Origin: Hormiphora californensis
Taxonomy: Eukaryota > Animalia > Ctenophora
Reading direction: 5' to 3'
Length of the DNA stretch: 64,000 bases
NCBI GenBank assembly: GCA_020137815.1
Contig: CM035357.1
Coordinates: forward strand, 2,294,001 to 2,358,000
This document shows positions 62,320 to 64,000 of the stretch, one piece after another. Under the pieces are notes generated by a model, which saw only the letters and a list, made by a program, of their open reading frames with translations, was not told the origin of the DNA and searched no databases. Position numbers and translations under genes: made by a program. The number at the start of each line of letters is the position of its first letter. The first letter of the stretch is position 1.

Positions 62320-62949
62320 GAGAGAGATTGAGAAAGAGAGACATCATCAACTCCAATTTTGATACTTATCGAAGCCGGTTAAACGGTGAGTGATGGATCT
62401 GGGATCGGAAATAGTCCGTCAACGTCTCGCTAGATGCTGACGGTGATAATAATATTTCCAAGATCTTGGAAGAGATTTGTCTAGATCTTTAGCAGAAGAA
62501 GGGACTGCACCATCCCAAAACTATCTGTGTGTGTGTGTGTGTAATTTATCCACTTGATAATCCCATATTCCATAATCCATCTAGGAGCTTGACTCAATGT
62601 GTCAATGACCCTCGAGTTTCTTGTGGTGTCATTTCGGTCATGTACCTACCGTATTATATCAAGACCGAATTTAGGTGTCTGTATTTGTGTTGAGTTTAGG
62701 TATATGTGCTGGCAGGCGAAAGGAATTTCACACATTCTTCAAACAGTATATGTATACAGGCTGAAAACGCTGCATTACTCGATGCTGTATTGAAATGTTT
62801 GTAATATTGCAGACAGAGCATGTTAACAACAAACAGAACTAGTGATAATGTAGCCATGCGAGATGCTTCACAGATAACACACTATAAAGCCCCTCCCTCC
62901 AACTAGATTGTTGCAATGTGCTATGCTTCACAGACACTGAGCTTCCCCA

Positions 62950-63348
62950 ATCCAATCACCTTCAATCGACGGGCACCTCTTGCAAACATGAAACAATCTG
63001 ATATTCTTTAGAGTTACTATAATGAACTGAAGAGTTTAACTAATGAAGCATGAAGAACATGAACACGATAATGAAGTACTCATTGGGTTCATTAGAATGC
63101 AAAGAACACAGAAGAGACAGAACTATCTTTATATGAGAAGTAGTTATTATATTACCGATGTTGTATGAACTTATTACCGCAATGTTTATTGCTGTAGTCA
63201 GAACTATCATACGGCCATTGATAATCTTCAATGAACTTGAGTAATAATGGGCAAAGGCGTGAACATGTAATAATGAACCATAGTCGGCCAACTCTTTGAA
63301 CGAACAGAAAAATTGAAAGTGGGTATCAAAAAGGGCACACACTAACAC
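62950..63348 (-). pseudogene. Possible decayed 7TM receptor fragment
   Basis: Two hydrophobic segments then FMFFMLH*LNSSVHYSNSKEYQ, loosely resembling TM7-helix 8, with an in-frame stop. Confidence 0.25.
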
Positions 63349-63785
63349 ACAGTGGCAAAATAAATTTCACAGCTGTTACATCTGTGGCCACAAAAGTGGA
63401 AATTCTTGTACGAATCGCGTATGAGACTCTCGGAAACCGGAGAAAATGTGGTCTGGGAAATTTTTCCGACTGTGTGAAATTACTAACAACAACTCTGCCA
63501 ACTTAGTGGATGGGTGAAAAACGGAATTGTTGTTAGTGGGTAATAACTACAAACATATATCGGCGAATAAAGGACATAAAAAGGAAAAATAATAAAGAAT
63601 GTCGATATCGGGCGGTATCAGATAGTAAAAATTACAGTACTTTTTCGCGATGATAGGCGGCGAAAGCAAGAAGAAGGCAGGTATTGGCATTTTTATGGGG
63701 TCCGTTGGAAATTGATGGGAAGTTTAAAAGTGCAAATTTGACATAAATACATCATCAATTTCCCAACATTAGTCAACCACAATTT

Positions 63786-63880
<95 letters not shown>

Positions 63881-64000
63881 TAGGGGGTGAAGTAACCTGG
63901 TGGTTTAATAGGTAATCCAACATAATTAATACATGACGTGTTTTACACTAAAATTAGTAAACACCTCACACATCCTACATTGTATTTTGTAGATCCCATC

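Overview
Animal (eukaryotic) genomic DNA with GT-AG introns, abundant (GA)n/(TC)n tracts and a dense population of non-autonomous inverted-repeat transposons (MITEs). A ctenophore origin is my inference from the GRL101-type GPCR and a domain in the 50-55 kb gene; it is not proven. Spliced genes reconstructed by hand: CLPTM1 (3' part, +), ARL8 (-, exons 2-3 duplicated), ZNF277 (-), a 102-aa acidic secreted orphan (+), a TEX26-like gene (+) spanning a 100-N gap, an LDLa-GPCR nested in its intron, a 3-repeat MYB (-), a secreted multi-exon protein with a Sushi-like module (+) and an N-terminally extended calmodulin-like gene (-). Most ORFs in the supplied track are microsatellite or palindrome artefacts. 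About 19.4-26 kb looks like uncorrected, inverted long-read sequence that supplies the exon missing in the gap. Best leads: (1) a 36-bp-TIR element sitting exactly inside an (ATGACT)n array; (2) an R4/Dong-type retroelement inside (GA)n; (3) a TSD-bounded, circularly permuted tRNA-containing insert; (4) the ARL8 exon duplication; (5) a giant palindromic MITE between a splice acceptor and a start codon; (6) an RFX X-box cluster. No database searches could be run, so novelty is untested throughout.
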